Of a DNA stretch of 64,000 bases, positions 1 through 13,293 are shown piece after piece; the stretch's first letter is position 1, and every line of letters begins with the position of its first letter. Both the position numbers and the translations under genes were made by a program. The notes below the pieces were generated by a model. The model searched no databases, was not told where the DNA came from, and saw nothing but the letters and a program-made list of their open reading frames with translations. This DNA comes from the human T2T-CHM13v2.0 reference genome, Homo sapiens: NCBI RefSeq assembly GCF_009914755.1, contig NC_060942.1; one strand, written 5' to 3'.

Positions 1-929
1 TGTTATGGAGAAGAAATGTGAAAATATAGAGAAGAAATATGTAAGACATCCTGCCATTGATGGGGGGCCCTGTTGGACCGGTGCATGCGTGTGTGTGTGT
101 ATTTGAGATGGTGACTTTCACCTCCAATTAGGAGATAGTTCATGAAGGCCGTTTAGAAGCCACTCAATTTCTAGCCATTGCCTTAGGACAGTGATGGCCC
201 CCACACTTGCGTAGACACAAACCTTCACCCAAATGTCTCAGGAGTAAATTCTGGGCAAGAGTGAGAGACCTGGACCTGAGAATAGATGAGGAAAAAACAA
301 GACTTCTTTCACATTTTCCTTTCTAACACTCCGGAGCTCATAAATGTTAGTGAAATTAGTATCTCCTTCTAATGCTACTTGTTCCAGGGGCCAAAGATTG
401 AAACCTTTGCCAGACAGCTTTATGGGATGAGAAGTAAATGTGGGAAATGTGTTTTGTTGTCTGGGGGTCCACAGTCTAGGATTCTTTTGTTTCTCATCTT
501 TCCCACTGAAGGTCCTTGGAGCTGACTTTCTTAAGTAGTTCATCCCTAATAACCATTGCCAGAAAGAGTAACTAATATGGGGTTGAGGTAAGAGATTAAG
601 GATTAAAAAAAATAAGACACTTATGGAACAAAATATTTAGGAAAACATACTGGATTTTGGATTTCATCAGACACAATGATATTAAAAGTAAAAGACCAAG
701 ATTTAAAATTAGCCTAAATCACCTACTAACAGAGGAAGATATTAGCCAGTAAAAGAAAACATATAAATATATATTTTAAAAACAGCCAAGCAGAAATTTT
801 TGACATTAAAAATAAACCCAAAGAATATAGATGATGAGAGATAAAAATGGAAATTAATGAAATAGAAAAAAATGGTTGCAATATGGAAGGTCTTTTTTAA
901 AAATGTTCTAAATATATAGGCAATCTCTA

Positions 930-1720
930 ATTTTAAACTCTACAAAATTGTGAAACTTTGCTTATTGGAGACACTTTAGATAAAATGAAAAGGCAAATTA
1001 CAAATATAAAGATGTTTGTGAAACAGAAATACCAAAAATATTTTTAAAATACTTACAAGTGAACTTTTGTAAAGCACAGATAATTAATAAAAAATTGGCA
1101 AAACCTATGAATAAATATCTCACACCAAGGAAGCATATGCAGCTACTAAACATACGAAGAGATGCTGAAGGTCATTAATAATCAGATAAATGCAAATCAA
1201 ATGCAAAACTTGCAATTGTACTGCTATGGACCATACTGAGGTAACTTTTTTTAAAAAATCCATTTGGTGGACAGGTGATTAACGTCCAAATATAAACTAA
1301 AGGAATGCATGTGGTTACTCTTCTATTGCTAGTGGAAGCACACACAGGTACAACCACTTTGGAAAATCATTTGGCTTTATTTCTTAAAGTTGAACATGCA
1401 TATTCAGTTGTATAATGAAATGCAAATCTTGCAATTGTATGACTCAGTACACAGAAAAAAATATTGAGAGCAACACTATTCATAATAGCAGCAACCGGGA
1501 AACAACCAAAATGCCCATCAAAAGGTGAATTATGAAAATAATTATTGTATATTTATTAATGCACAATGAATTTTATACAATATTATAGGCAATACAGTAA
1601 TATCCAACAATATGGATGAATCTTAGCAGTCTCACGTTAAAGTGGAAAAAAGTTAATTATAACAAGTGATAGCATAATACAATTTTATAAATATATATTA
1701 TTTTAGGGGCTCTTTCATTT
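930..1720 (+). mobile_element. Ancient L1 (L1MC/L1ME-type), ORF2 3' end and 3'UTR fragment
   Basis: Degenerate L1 motifs in order: 'aaaatgaaaaggcaa', 'aatcagataaatgcaaatcaaa', 'ggtacaaccactttggaaaa', 'ggaaaacaaccaaaatgcccatcaa', 'atggatgaatctt'. Boundaries approximate. Confidence 0.8.
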
Positions 1721-2019
1721 TTAGGGGTGTGTGTTGATACAATAACTGTGTTAATGAATCAAATGGTTTATGTGGAATTTAGCTGGGAAATTATTTCTGG
1801 AAGGGACTAGATGGGGTTAAGGGGTCAAGTAGATGGACATGGAGATTATTTTCAAGGTCCTATCTCTCCTTTGCAGTAGTGAGTTTGTGGGTGATTAATA
1901 CATTTTAAGTCAATAATTAAATAGCAAGTAAACTTAAAAAAAAAGAGAAAGAAAAGAAAAGAAAAGAAAAAGTCCAAGTATGCAGCAATGTTGAAAGTAT
2001 GTCATGATTCTAGTATTAT

Positions 2020-3084
2020 TGATAGCGACAGGAAGCTGACAATTTAGGCAGACAGGGGCGAGTCCCGGGTGAAACCCAAGCCCAGGACAGTTTAAGCCTA
2101 GCTACAAGTCCCGGGTAACTCCACGGACCAGATTAAGAACCTTTCTTCCCATTTTGCATGCTTTACTCTGATTAATCCTCACTCTTCACCTATTTTACAT
2201 ATACCTACCTTTCCTTAATTGTTTTTTTATACTGTCATCCCCACCACCTTTGAGTGGTGCCTTTGTTTTAACCTTTTTTTTTCTTTTTTGAATACTCAGA
2301 AACCAATCAGTGCGCACTCACCATTCTGAACCCATAAAAGCCTTGGGCCCAGCCTCACCAGGAGATAAACTGCCTGATTTCGGGTGAGAGACCATCCTTG
2401 TGTCCCCTCTTTGCTGAAAGCTCTTTTGTCTCTTAATAAAATTGTTCTCCGTCCTCCTCACCCTTCCACTGTCGGTGTAACTTCATTCTTGAAAGGGGGA
2501 CAGTAATTCAGGACCCAAGGAATGCAGGTACACAGAAGGCTATGACACTGTGGCCCTCTGCCGGTGGAGGGCAGCCACCCCACGCGACGGGAAGCAGTGG
2601 CAGGGCCAAACCAACACCGGAGACACAGGCTGGAGCTGAGCAAGGGTCTGACAGATCTGCTAATGCGCCTCCATCCATCAGGCTGCGGATGGAAGGACTA
2701 AAAGAGCTAATGAGCACACTGTAACATTCCCTCTGGGGCTTTGGGGTCCCAGGCACCCCTGCCAGGGTGCCACCATGTTTCCTTCGTCTGGACGCCAGAG
2801 TCCACTGCAGGAGAGGCTTGCAACATGGCTGGTTCAGCTGCAAGCCCTGCATGGAGCCCGCTTTGGCTCTTGGAACAGTTGGCAGGACCTTGCACTCACT
2901 CGCACACACACCCACTCCTGCTGGGGGCTGAGCGCATAGTTGCGGGGGTCGCGGGATTTGCGCCATGTGCAGGCCGAGATGGGCGTCTGCTGCGGTAAAC
3001 CCAGGCCCCAACAAGGCCCGGGGTTGAGGCGTCACCAGTCAGTGGTCTCCTGCTGGCAAAGTGATTGAGAAAAATCCTGCGTCA
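2020..3084 (+). mobile_element. Solo ERV1 LTR, LTR28-like (LTR1/LTR27/LTR28 group)
   Basis: TG...CA termini ('tgatagcgacagga' ... 'aaaaatcctgcgtca'). 4-bp TSD TTAT at 2016-2019 and 3085-3088. CCAAT at 2303, TATA-like 'cataaaa' near 2333, AATAAA at 2435-2440. Confidence 0.85.
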
Positions 3085-5255
3085 TTATGATTAACCAAAT
3101 TTTATGCACATGACATTTTTTTCAAATAAAATATAAACTAAAAATAAATTAAGACTGTTATGAAGATCAAATATGATTACATGTGGAAGGCACGGGCTGG
3201 CATAAAGGGGTGCTCGATATTTTTATATATCCTGTTAACATTTCTGTAAACTCTGATCAAATTGTGTTAGTTTATCTGTATACATAATTTGCTTTGCTGT
3301 TAGTGTTCTTTGCATTTTTTTCATTCTCCATCATCTTAAAAGAAATATGACATGTGCATTAGTGAGCATACAATTATTGCTAGAAGTGGATGAAATGATC
3401 ACATTAATATAAATGAAATTGTGCCAAATCAAACCTCCCCTATAATTGCAACATTCTGTTTAAAAATAAACTCTTGAAATGATTTATAACAACTTAGTGT
3501 TTATACTTCTTAGGGATAAATCCTTCTTGTTGGGGGATGGACGTTTAAATGCTATTCATGCATACTAATGATGATGTTGAACAATTACAAATTATCATTA
3601 ATGAACACAATTTATTACTTTCTTGTAACAAACATACAGTTCTAAACAACATAAACATATAAGTTACATTTTTTGAAAATTTTAATCATATTGACAAACA
3701 AGTGAATTTGACATAAAATATGTGAAGGAAAGGAGAGCCAGAGTTTGAGACTTCTGCTTAGTGGCACATAGCTAACTAATTCAGGGAAACACAGTTAGAA
3801 TTCAGGTCTTCTTCCTAGTTTACTGTACTTTCCACATTTCATCTTACGTCATCTGCGAGTGAAAAAGCAAGATACGTTGGAATGTGCTAGAATAAGTGGT
3901 ACTAAGCCATAATATTTCACATTCTTTTGATATATCCCATTGTTTGGAATATAAGATAGTTCTGCTATATACATTTTTAAACGTCTCTGTATGTAAAATG
4001 TATATCTAGATAGCATATCAGCTTTGTATTTACCATGTGATAACATAAATGTCAGGATATAAAAATATATTACATGAATAAAGCTGTCCTATTAGGCAGG
4101 ATCACCTCCAAAATGCCCTACTTTGAAGAACGCAGTAGAAATAAAGAATACTCAGGATATTGTTATTCAAAATATTAACTTTTAACAAAGACAAAATGTG
4201 AGTGATAATGGTGTCCGCATTTGATACATTCTGGTATTGCTTAGTGGTGAAGCTAAATTAATCATGGTAATTACCTTTAAATTCTCAGAAGTTCTCATTG
4301 CCATTTCTTTAGCTTTTAGCATTAATATTTTATATGCATTTATATTGGGAAATGATGTCAGAGAAAGTGTTACTATGAAAATTATTTTTTACTTTGAAAA
4401 TTAACTCATGTAGTGAGTAATGTGAAGACTACTGTTTTAATTTTTCTTCATAAATTAAGTCTTAAATTTTAAATTACCCTTAAATTGCTATTGAACAGCT
4501 AAGGAATGAGAATAACTCCTCATAATGGACGATGGATCCCTTAGAAGGAAAAATTTGAGTCTCATAACATAATCCTGGGAAAAAATCCAATTTAAGGTAT
4601 TCCTGACAAATACGTTATCCCAGATAAAAAGTGTGTACAAATTTCATGTTCTAGAAATAGATAACAGGAATGTATCTAGGCAAAAACGTTTTTGTGTATT
4701 TGTGTTTTTAGTTTATAAAAAAAACAGCTTTGAGTGTCAAGTCATGCAAAATATCAAATGGCATTTTTAAATATGCTTTTTAAATTTCAAGATTTTTTGG
4801 TAGAAATTTCTGCCTTTAATGCTTTTACCAGAAATAAACTGAAATAAAGGATAAAATAGAGCAAACATTAAAAAAACCTCTAATATTTACAAAGTTTACA
4901 TATGGTCTTGTCATTAACCAAGAAAAAAAGTTGATTCTCCAGAGGGCAACAAAATCATGGTGGTAGTTGGGTGGCAACATTATTGCTTGGGTAATTACAG
5001 AGTCACTGGAAAGTTCTTCTCTGGTCTCCACATCTACCTAATTACCTTCATAGTAGGAGAATCAAAATTTTAGTCCATATTAATATAATTTTTCTGAAAG
5101 TAAAAATTGTCTTGATACCTAGTTTAACCCTTTTGCCTTATCAGTGATTTACAATTTATAGTAAATGCATTTGAGACTTGTCCTTGAGAATAATTTTCAG
5201 AAGTAGAACCAAAGTAGATAATGGATCCTTAGAAAATAGAGGTTATTTGAATTTC

Positions 5256-6075
5256 TTTTTTTAAACTTATTTTTAATTTTGGGGGGTACATAGTAGCTAT
5301 ATATATTTTGGCAGTACATGAGATATTTTGATACAGGCATGCAATGTGAAATAATCACATCATCGAGAAAGGGGTAGTCATACCCTCAAGCATTTATACT
5401 TTGTGTTTCAAACAATCCAATTTCACTCTCTTAATTATTTTAAAATGTACAATTAGGTTGTTATTGACTATAGTCACCCTGTTGTGCAATCAAATACTAT
5501 GTCTTATTTATTCCTTCTATTTTTTTGTACTAATTAACCATCTGCACCTCCCCACCAATGTTCCCCCACCCCCATCCCCACTACCCTTCACAGCCTCTGG
5601 TAACCATCCTTCTACTGTCTATGCCCATGAGTTGAATTGTTTTGAGTTTTTAATCCCACAAATAAGTGAGATCATGCAATATTTGTCTTTCTGTGCCTGT
5701 TTTATTTCACTTAACATAATGATCTCCAGTTCCATTCATTCTGTTGCAAATGACAGGATCTCAATCTTTTTATAGCTGAATGATACTCCCTTGTGTATAG
5801 GTACCACATTTTCTTTATCCATTCATCTGTTGATGGACACTTAGTTTGCTTCCACATCTTAGCTATTAAACAGGGCTGCAGCAAACATAGGAGTGCAGGT
5901 TATCTCTTTGATATGCTGATTTTCCTCCTTTTGGGTATATAACCAGCAGTGAGATTGCTGGATCATATATTAACTCTATTTTTAGTTTTGGGAGGAATTT
6001 CAAAACTGTTCTCTGTAGTGATTGTACCACTTTACATTCTTACCAACTGCGTGGGAAGGAGGGTTCCCTTCATCC
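5256..6075 (-). mobile_element. L1MA2-4-like 3' end
   Basis: Poly-T, then 'gatacaggcatgcaatgtgaaataatcacatc', 'ccctcaagcatttat', 'tatttcacttaacataatgatctccagttccatt', 'ccagcagtgagattgctggatcat'. Confidence 0.9.
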
Positions 6076-7039
6076 CATAGGTCTTATGGGCTTCTAGACT
6101 GTTGATTTCTATTTGGGACTTCACCCTACTCTAACTTTTTGTCCTTTTCTCTTAGAGATATTCATCATTTTTTATTTATATTCATATTTGTATTTTTGGC
6201 TTCAAGACATTTGTAAAATTCCTAACAACCAAAATTCCAAAACTAAATAATAAATCGTCTTCTAAGAAGTTAACCAAAAAAAAAAAAAAATCAAAAGTGA
6301 AACAGCAATTAACTTGAGGAAAAAGTTTATTCTTTGAATCAGTCTGACAAAGCATCACAACAACTAAGTTTAGGAGGCTCAAGGAGATGCATAAAGAAAA
6401 TGAATCCCTTATGAATAAAATTCCTGTGAAAGAAAATCAGATGCAACAGCACCAAAATAGTGAAGACAGAAAGCCTGAGATAAAGAAACAGTTTTACAGG
6501 AAATTATATGATAGGATGATAACTTAAATTAAGTCTTTATTTTTAATCCTTAAGTTTCATAGATTCTTTGTGGAAGAAAGAAACTGAATAGAAAAAGCAT
6601 CGTTTATGCTACAAAAACAATCTATACATTTCAAAAGAGCAAGAGAGAAATAGAAGACAATAAGGAAAAATGTTTTTTTTTTAAATTTGACATTTACATG
6701 ACAAAGATAATCTAGAAATTTTAAAGAAGAATATAATAGATAAATATAAAAATGGAATAAAAGAACTAATAAAACAAAGTAAACTGTTAAGCAGAAAAAA
6801 ATACTATGGCAGAAATGTGTCCAAATATATCTGTAAATGATAAAGATACATATTTCAAAATTGAAAACAAAGTTCTCAGTATATGTATGTTGTTTACTAA
6901 CACTATATACTATAAAGTAAAATAATAAGATAAAAATAAAAAATGAAAAATATGTCATTAAATGTCACAAAAATACTACCTAAAAAAGCTGTTAGGATAT
7001 TACTACTATCATAAAATATTGCATTTTCTATGTGAGTTA

Positions 7040-7407
7040 GCAGACTGGACTGAACGTTTATGTTTCCCCAAAATTCATATGCTGGAATCCTAATGTGCAA
7101 GAAGATAGTGATAGAAAATGTGGTCCTAAGAAAGTAATTAGGGATAAGGGTGGAGCCACAGGTGAATGGGGTTAGTGACCTTACAAAAGAGACCCCAAAG
7201 AGATTCCCCTCTCCTTCTGCCGTGTGAAGACACAGTAAGAAGATGGCTATCTATGAACCAAAAATTAGGTCCTCACTAGACAGCTACTCTACTGCCATCT
7301 TAATCTTGAACTTGATAGCCTTCAGAACTGTGAGAAATAAATTTCTGTTGTTTGTAAGGCACCCAGTTTATGGCACTTTGTTATAGTAGCCTAAATGGAA
7401 TAAGACA
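7040..7407 (+). mobile_element. MaLR LTR, MLT1A/MLT1A0
   Basis: 'ccccaaaattcatatgctggaatcctaa', 'gtgtgaagacacag', 'cagaactgtgagaaataaatttctgttg', ending 'taagaca'. Confidence 0.9.
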
Positions 7408-7954
7408 ATTATGAATATCCCTATTTCTTGTTGAATATTTTATTATTAGGGAGAGTGATTCTTTATTCAATCAATCTGATGCTTTTTTACTTAATAGTAA
7501 GAACACAGAATCAAATATGCAAAGCATAGTCTTATGTATACACATTAAATTGACAAATTTATAATGATTGTGACTGGCTTAAACACAATCTCATAAAAAA
7601 GATCATGCAGACAAAAATAATTCTCAAAGTTTTAACAAATTTACACAGATTTACATTAAAAATAACAGATATTAAATCTTGAACCAAGTGACTAGGGAAT
7701 ACACATTTTTAGAAATTAACTTAAAATTAATATATAGTAATTTTTTAATTTGACATGCTTTTAATTAAATGGGAATATAAGCTCTCAGAAAAGCCTTAAC
7801 AAATTTCAAAAAGTTACTGTAATACAGAACATATCTTCCTACAAGTAATTTGATTTTGAAATAAAAATTTAAAAGTTTTAAACATTTTCTATGCTTTTCT
7901 AAATAGCTTGTTTTAAGCAGAAAATGATCACCATTTTTAAATAATGAAAGTATT

Positions 7955-8338
7955 TGTTATATTAGGTTCTACTTAGAACCAGAACCAACAACATACGTCT
8001 GTATATAAGAAGAGATATATAAAGAGTTATTATGAGAATTGGCTCACACAATTATGGAAGCCAAGAAGTCTCATAATCTACCATCTGCAAGTTAGGGAAT
8101 CAGGAAAGTCATTGCTGTGCAGTTTGCCCTTCGTCTGCCTTCTGTACTATTTGGACCCTCCATAGGTCAGACGATGCCACCTCACATTGGTGAGGATTGG
8201 TCTTCTTTACTCAGTCTACGGACTCAAGTGTTAATCTCCTAGGAAACACCCTCACAGAAACACATGCAGAAATATTATTTTACCAGCTGTCTGAGCATTT
8301 CTTAGCCCAGTCAAGTTGACACATAACCTTAACCATCA
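7955..8338 (-). mobile_element. ERVL LTR, MLT2B/C/D-like (internally deleted)
   Basis: 'gaattggctcacacaattatggaagccaagaagtc', 'aaacaccctcacaga', 'cccagtcaagttgacacataa...aaccatca', the reverse complement of the MLT2 5' end. Confidence 0.9.
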
Positions 8339-10114
8339 GAGTACAAGATCTCAAACTTGTCTGAAATTAAATGAAAGCCAAGCCTGCATTATTTAAAAAA
8401 AAATAAAAGTTGTTGAAAATAAATGTCTTAGAATTTCAAGATAAATAGCTGGAAAGGTATAGTAAATATAAAGATAACAGGAAAAAAATGGAATAATATT
8501 TTAATAATAGAAATCAGTAAAACATGAAAAAGATCTGACCAATAAAACCAATTTTTATGTATCAATTAAAAATAAATACTAAAAGAGAAAAACAAAACAC
8601 AAACTGAGCTTTTGGGGAAAAAATACCAGTAAAATAGACTCAACTGAAGCAAGGACCTACAGAAAATAAAAGAAAAAAATTTAATAGCAATATTAAGAAC
8701 AAAAGTGAAGGCAAAAGCATGAGTAGATATTTTATAAATCACAAGAGAGCAGTATCTGTGGAGTTATAACATATTTGAATGTTCATATAAATTTTCTAAA
8801 CTTACTCTAAATTTTATCAGCAGTGTTTCTCTGAGTAATTAGAGCATGCATTGATTTTATTTTTAGTGTAATTTTCTGGATTATTGACCGTTTTTACTAA
8901 AAAAAATTAAATCAAAAAAGTTTTAGAAGGAAAACTGTCTTGAAAATATATTCAAGAAATCAGGTATCTCAGAAAAATTCTAGGACCCAAAATATTTCGT
9001 TATTTTTATCTTGTCATTCCGTACTGTGGTAATGTAGAAATCCAGATACTGAGGTTATAAACTCTTATAAATCATTTATATTCTCTTTCATTCAACTGTA
9101 ATCATGTGCAAAGAAAACAGAGGAGAATCTTTGTTATTCAATTCCACAGTCTGATTAAATTACACTTATTAAAATTTTAAAAGTGACAAATAATAGAGCT
9201 TCCTTCTTAAGCACCTATGCCATAATCCCATCAGAGAGTACAATAGATAGAATTCATGGAGCTACTAGAAAAAAAATGATATATATTCAATTTTAGTGAC
9301 AACACTCATACTCAATATTCAGAATAAGATGGCTATAACATTTCCAGCACTTATTTTGTTTTAGTGGGCATTAATATTAAACAGTGAACTAATACTTTTT
9401 TAAAAAAGATTTAATATTCTTACATGCATTCTAGAATTCTGCAATTGAATTAGTTGTCTTTATATAAAGAATAATAATTTTATTTATCCATAAAGGAGTT
9501 TGCCTGAATGATAAGGCAAGCAGAAACAACAGCTTAAAATACTATATTGAGGTAAAATGGAAAGTACCAGTGTCTATCAGTTCTAGAGGTAACAAGGCTC
9601 TTATTATTTAAGACCAAATGAAACACAGTCCTGATTAGAAAGTTTCTAATTTCTGTAACTCCAATCATAAGTCATTATCTCTGAGTATCCAGGAAATGAA
9701 TTAAACTCTACTCCTAGTGGGTAAAGTTCCCCCTCAGAGGTAGTGCTTCAATCACTGGCTGAGTTTCTCAGGAGAAAGAACAAACTCACACTCTGTTTTC
9801 TACCTAAAATTGTTTTTAGCTCTTGTTCTCTATCTTAATAAAAACCCGATATCCTTCTGTGCAACTTACCTTATAGCTGTTGTTTTCCCAGTCATCATAC
9901 AAACCTGTTCCCTTGGTTACACATGCTCATTGATCTCTCCGTCTTCTTTGTGGTATTTATCAAAATTTTATTTATGTAGTCCATTCTGTAGTAACTTTAA
10001 AAGTGATCTTCATAGCTAGTGTCCTGGCTTCATAAGGTTAGAAACTGGCCATTTTGGCCACATTGTGTCTTCAGTACCTGGCAGAGTGCTTTGTGTTGTT
10101 AACAAATAACAATT

Positions 10115-10139
10115 TTTCATTTCATTTCATTTCATTTCA
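10115..10139 (+). repeat. (TTTCA)5 pentanucleotide at the end of an L2 3' fragment
   Basis: Five exact copies read directly. Confidence 0.9.
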
Positions 10140-10429
10140 TCTCACCTTTTAAGTGCCCCACTCAATGTATTTTTCTCGTGTAAAGCACAAAACAATGACG
10201 GTTCTGGAAGATAACTATTACTATCTGCATTGTCTTAATAAAGAAATTAAAACTCAGATTAACTAACAAGTTCTCACTATTAATGACAAAGCCAACATAT
10301 GAACCATTTTGGCTGCCTGTGAAGCTTGGACTCATCATACCAAAACTTCCATTTCTGCATGAGTCCCTAAGGCCTGGCAAGCGCTTCTGTATAGCAGCTG
10401 CTCAAGAAATGAGAGACAAGATGTAAATG

Positions 10430-10880
10430 GGGACAGTAGCCTAGTGTGCAGCAAACCAAAGTAGGATTTAAATTCTAACCCCATTGTCTTTGTGCTATGA
10501 GACTTTGAGTAAGCTAAATGACTTATCTGAGCTTTAATTTCTGCATCCGGAAATGAGACTCATTGAATGAGAACAATAATTACTTTGTAGGGCTTTGGGG
10601 CAAATTAAATGAGTTTCTTTGTTTGTAAGATTATATTAACGTTTACTTGCACTTACTAAGTGCCAGCCCCTTGCTATATGCTTTAAGCATACTGTCTGAT
10701 TTTATTGTCACAAGAATCCTATAAACTATGAGAAAGGGCCAATTTTTTCTCCCAAATTTAATGATAAGGATATGAGCATGGAGAGATTAAATGGCCTGCC
10801 TCAAATGAGCCATCTTGTAATGAAGAGGTACAGTGCTTTATAAGAATGAGATGTTCACTATAAGCTGGCTGTTATTATTT
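10430..10880. mobile_element. Two MIR SINEs in opposite orientation (+ at ~10430-10615, - at ~10635-10830)
   Basis: MIR core on +: 'gactttgagtaag...ctgagctttaatttctgcatccggaaatgag...ttaaatgag'. Reverse copy: 'cacttactaagtgccag...gagagattaaatggcctgcc'. Confidence 0.7.
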
Positions 10881-12454
10881 GGTAAAGGAAAAGATGACTA
10901 AGTAAATGAATGAATTTACTACTCGTAGCCTCAGGCCCTCTAAGAACTGACAATCTCACTGGAAATATTTAGGAAGATAAGCAAAATGACAAAGCTGAAG
11001 TGTATTTCATATTATGATGAACACAAAATGGTCACACCCTTTTTAAAATTTATTTATGTACATCAATGTGGTACAAGTGCAATTTCGTTACATGCGTAGA
11101 TTACACAATGTATTGCTTACATACATTTTTTCAGTTATCTAACTTCTCCACCCTTTATTAAATACAATAGATATTTTTCCTGTTTTTTCTTAATAGCGGA
11201 AGTACTAATTTGTTACAATGTGCTAGGTAAAACGACACATAATAAAGATTTGTTACGATTATAATGAAGGCACTGTTCCTCTATTAGTTTCACGCTTGAC
11301 AGCAAAGAGGATCCTTCTCACAGCTCCACATATCCATTTTTGAAGGAAAACATTGCTCTGCCTCTCTATGGTGGTACAAGGTACAAGTTGAAGCATATAG
11401 GAAATTACTGTGACGTTATATGGTATTTTTCATCAGTACAAAATCTATTTTTCAAAAAACACAGATCTTTTAGTGGGCTATTATTTCCCTCTTGTAGGCA
11501 ACAACACAAGAAAATGTTGGCCAAACTTTTTATAAAAGTGAAGGTAAAATCGTATGGCTAGAAATTCCTACAAAGTACTGTTTAAATTGCAGAACAATTT
11601 CCAGTTCCACTGTAGCAAAAAGTACTTAGGAAACAGAGATGACGGAGAATGGAATCTGCGTCCCCAAACAGCAATTTTAAATTACAACAGTTGGGACCAT
11701 GTAAGAAAGTCTCCAGAAACGATTTAGAATAGCTCTAAAGGGAGGCTTGATCCAGGAGATACAACATCTGTGAGCACGTTTGTCAAAAACTGCAGGAACG
11801 GAACGTGCGGGAGCAGCAAAGCATAGGAAAGATCAGAAGGCAGCATGTTTGTCCTGCAAGCATGAGAAGACACAGCTCATGCAAAGAGATAAACCTCTAG
11901 ACCATCTGAGGAATGGCTGGCCACGCTCGTGCCTGCAGGGTTCCTTTATGTCCGTGCTTAGAACTAATTGTCTGAGAATTCAGGTGTGTGTAAATAATAG
12001 CCAAATAGACCAGACACCTCTGGCTACAGCCATGTTCTCCTGTGGATGCTCAAAGTTTCACGGACAGCAATTTGATTAAGCAAAAGTAAATAACAGAAGT
12101 GGGAAGGCTTCATGATCTAATCTTTAATCTCATCACTGAGTAATGGATTTGCAATAAAAAGTAATGTAAATAAAAATTATCTTGGCATTCTGACGAGAAA
12201 AATGAGATATATTTTAATGTTGTAATATGATAATTGGTTGATAACCATCTTTAAAAGTCCGAAAGGAAGTGGATGGGATTATTTGAGAGACAGAGCCATC
12301 TACACAGTTTCAGGAAAAACAAACTGGGCACACACAAAATCATCCACAGGAAGGAAGAACAGAAGGAACAAAAAGCCTGAATGTTTCTAAATAGAGCAAA
12401 AGAAGTTTGCTCTATTGGAACTAATGTACCAATAATTCTCAGTTTTATACACAA

Positions 12455-13009
12455 ACATATATATATGTGTGTGTGTATATATATATATATATACAGTGAT
12501 ATATATATATCTGTGTATATATATATATCACTGTATATATATACTGTATGTGTATATATACATATATGTATATATACATATATGTATATATACACATACT
12601 TGTATATGAATACATATACATATGTATATATACAGAATACATATGTATACATACATGTATATATACACACTGTATAAGTGTGTATATACACATACATGTA
12701 TATATACATATGTGCATATACACATACATGTATATATACATATGTGCATATACACATATGCATATATACATATGTGCATATACACATATGCATATATACA
12801 TATGTGCATATACACATATGCATATATACATATGTGCATATACACATACATGTATATATACATATGTGTATATACACATACATGTATATACACTTATATA
12901 TTTGTATATATACATATATGTATATATGTGTGTATATATATACACTGTATAAGTATATATGTGTATATATATATATACACACTGTGTGTGTGTGTATATA
13001 TATATACAC
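12455..13009. repeat. Complex (TA/CA/TG)n alternating purine-pyrimidine array with a 30-bp minisatellite
   Basis: Three exact copies of tacacatatgcatatatacatatgtgcata at 12751-12840, inside ~550 bp of RY repeat. Confidence 0.95.
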
Positions 13010-13013
13010 TTCA

Positions 13014-13293
13014 CTGGAGTGAAGTGGCATGATCATAGCTCACTGCAGAGTAGAACTCCTGGGCTCAGACAATCTTCTTGCATATCTCCTGAGTAGTTAG
13101 GACTACAAGCACGTGCTACCACTCCTGTTTTATTATTATTATTATTATTATTAGTTGTTGTTGTTGTTGTTGTTGTAGAGATGGGGTCTCCTTATGTTCC
13201 TCAGGCTGGTCTTGAAATCCTGGCCTCAGGTGATCCTCCCACCTCAGCCTCCCAAAGTGCTGGGATTACAGGTGTGAGCCACTGCACCTGGCC
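13014..13293 (-). mobile_element. AluJ, 3'-truncated, with the middle linker expanded to (TTA)n(TTG)n
   Basis: 'ctggagtgaagtggcatgatcatagctcactgcag' through 'cccaaagtgctgggattacaggtgtgagccactgcacctggcc'. Confidence 0.93.

Larger units (their letters stand above)
6800..8800 (+). mobile_element. Highly degenerate L1M ORF2 5' region, interrupted by two LTRs
   Basis: A-rich tract with L1 endonuclease/ORF2-like remnants ('gggaatacacattttt', 'ccttaacaaatttcaaaaag...atacagaacatatctt', 'gtaaaatagac'). Boundaries vague. Confidence 0.5.

Noticed and set aside
2458-3035. 175-aa and overlapping ORFs
   Set aside because: Lie wholly within a GC-rich LTR, with no recognisable domain.
10115-10139. (TTTCA)5, the motif of FAME/SCA37 expansions
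   Set aside because: Only five units and not embedded in an Alu (TTTTA)n tract, so there is no basis for a disease link.
12251-13036. Multiple 100-260 aa ORFs rich in Y/I/H/M/C/V
   Set aside because: Artefacts of the stop-free RY microsatellite, open in several frames on both strands. The same applies to 25414-25892.
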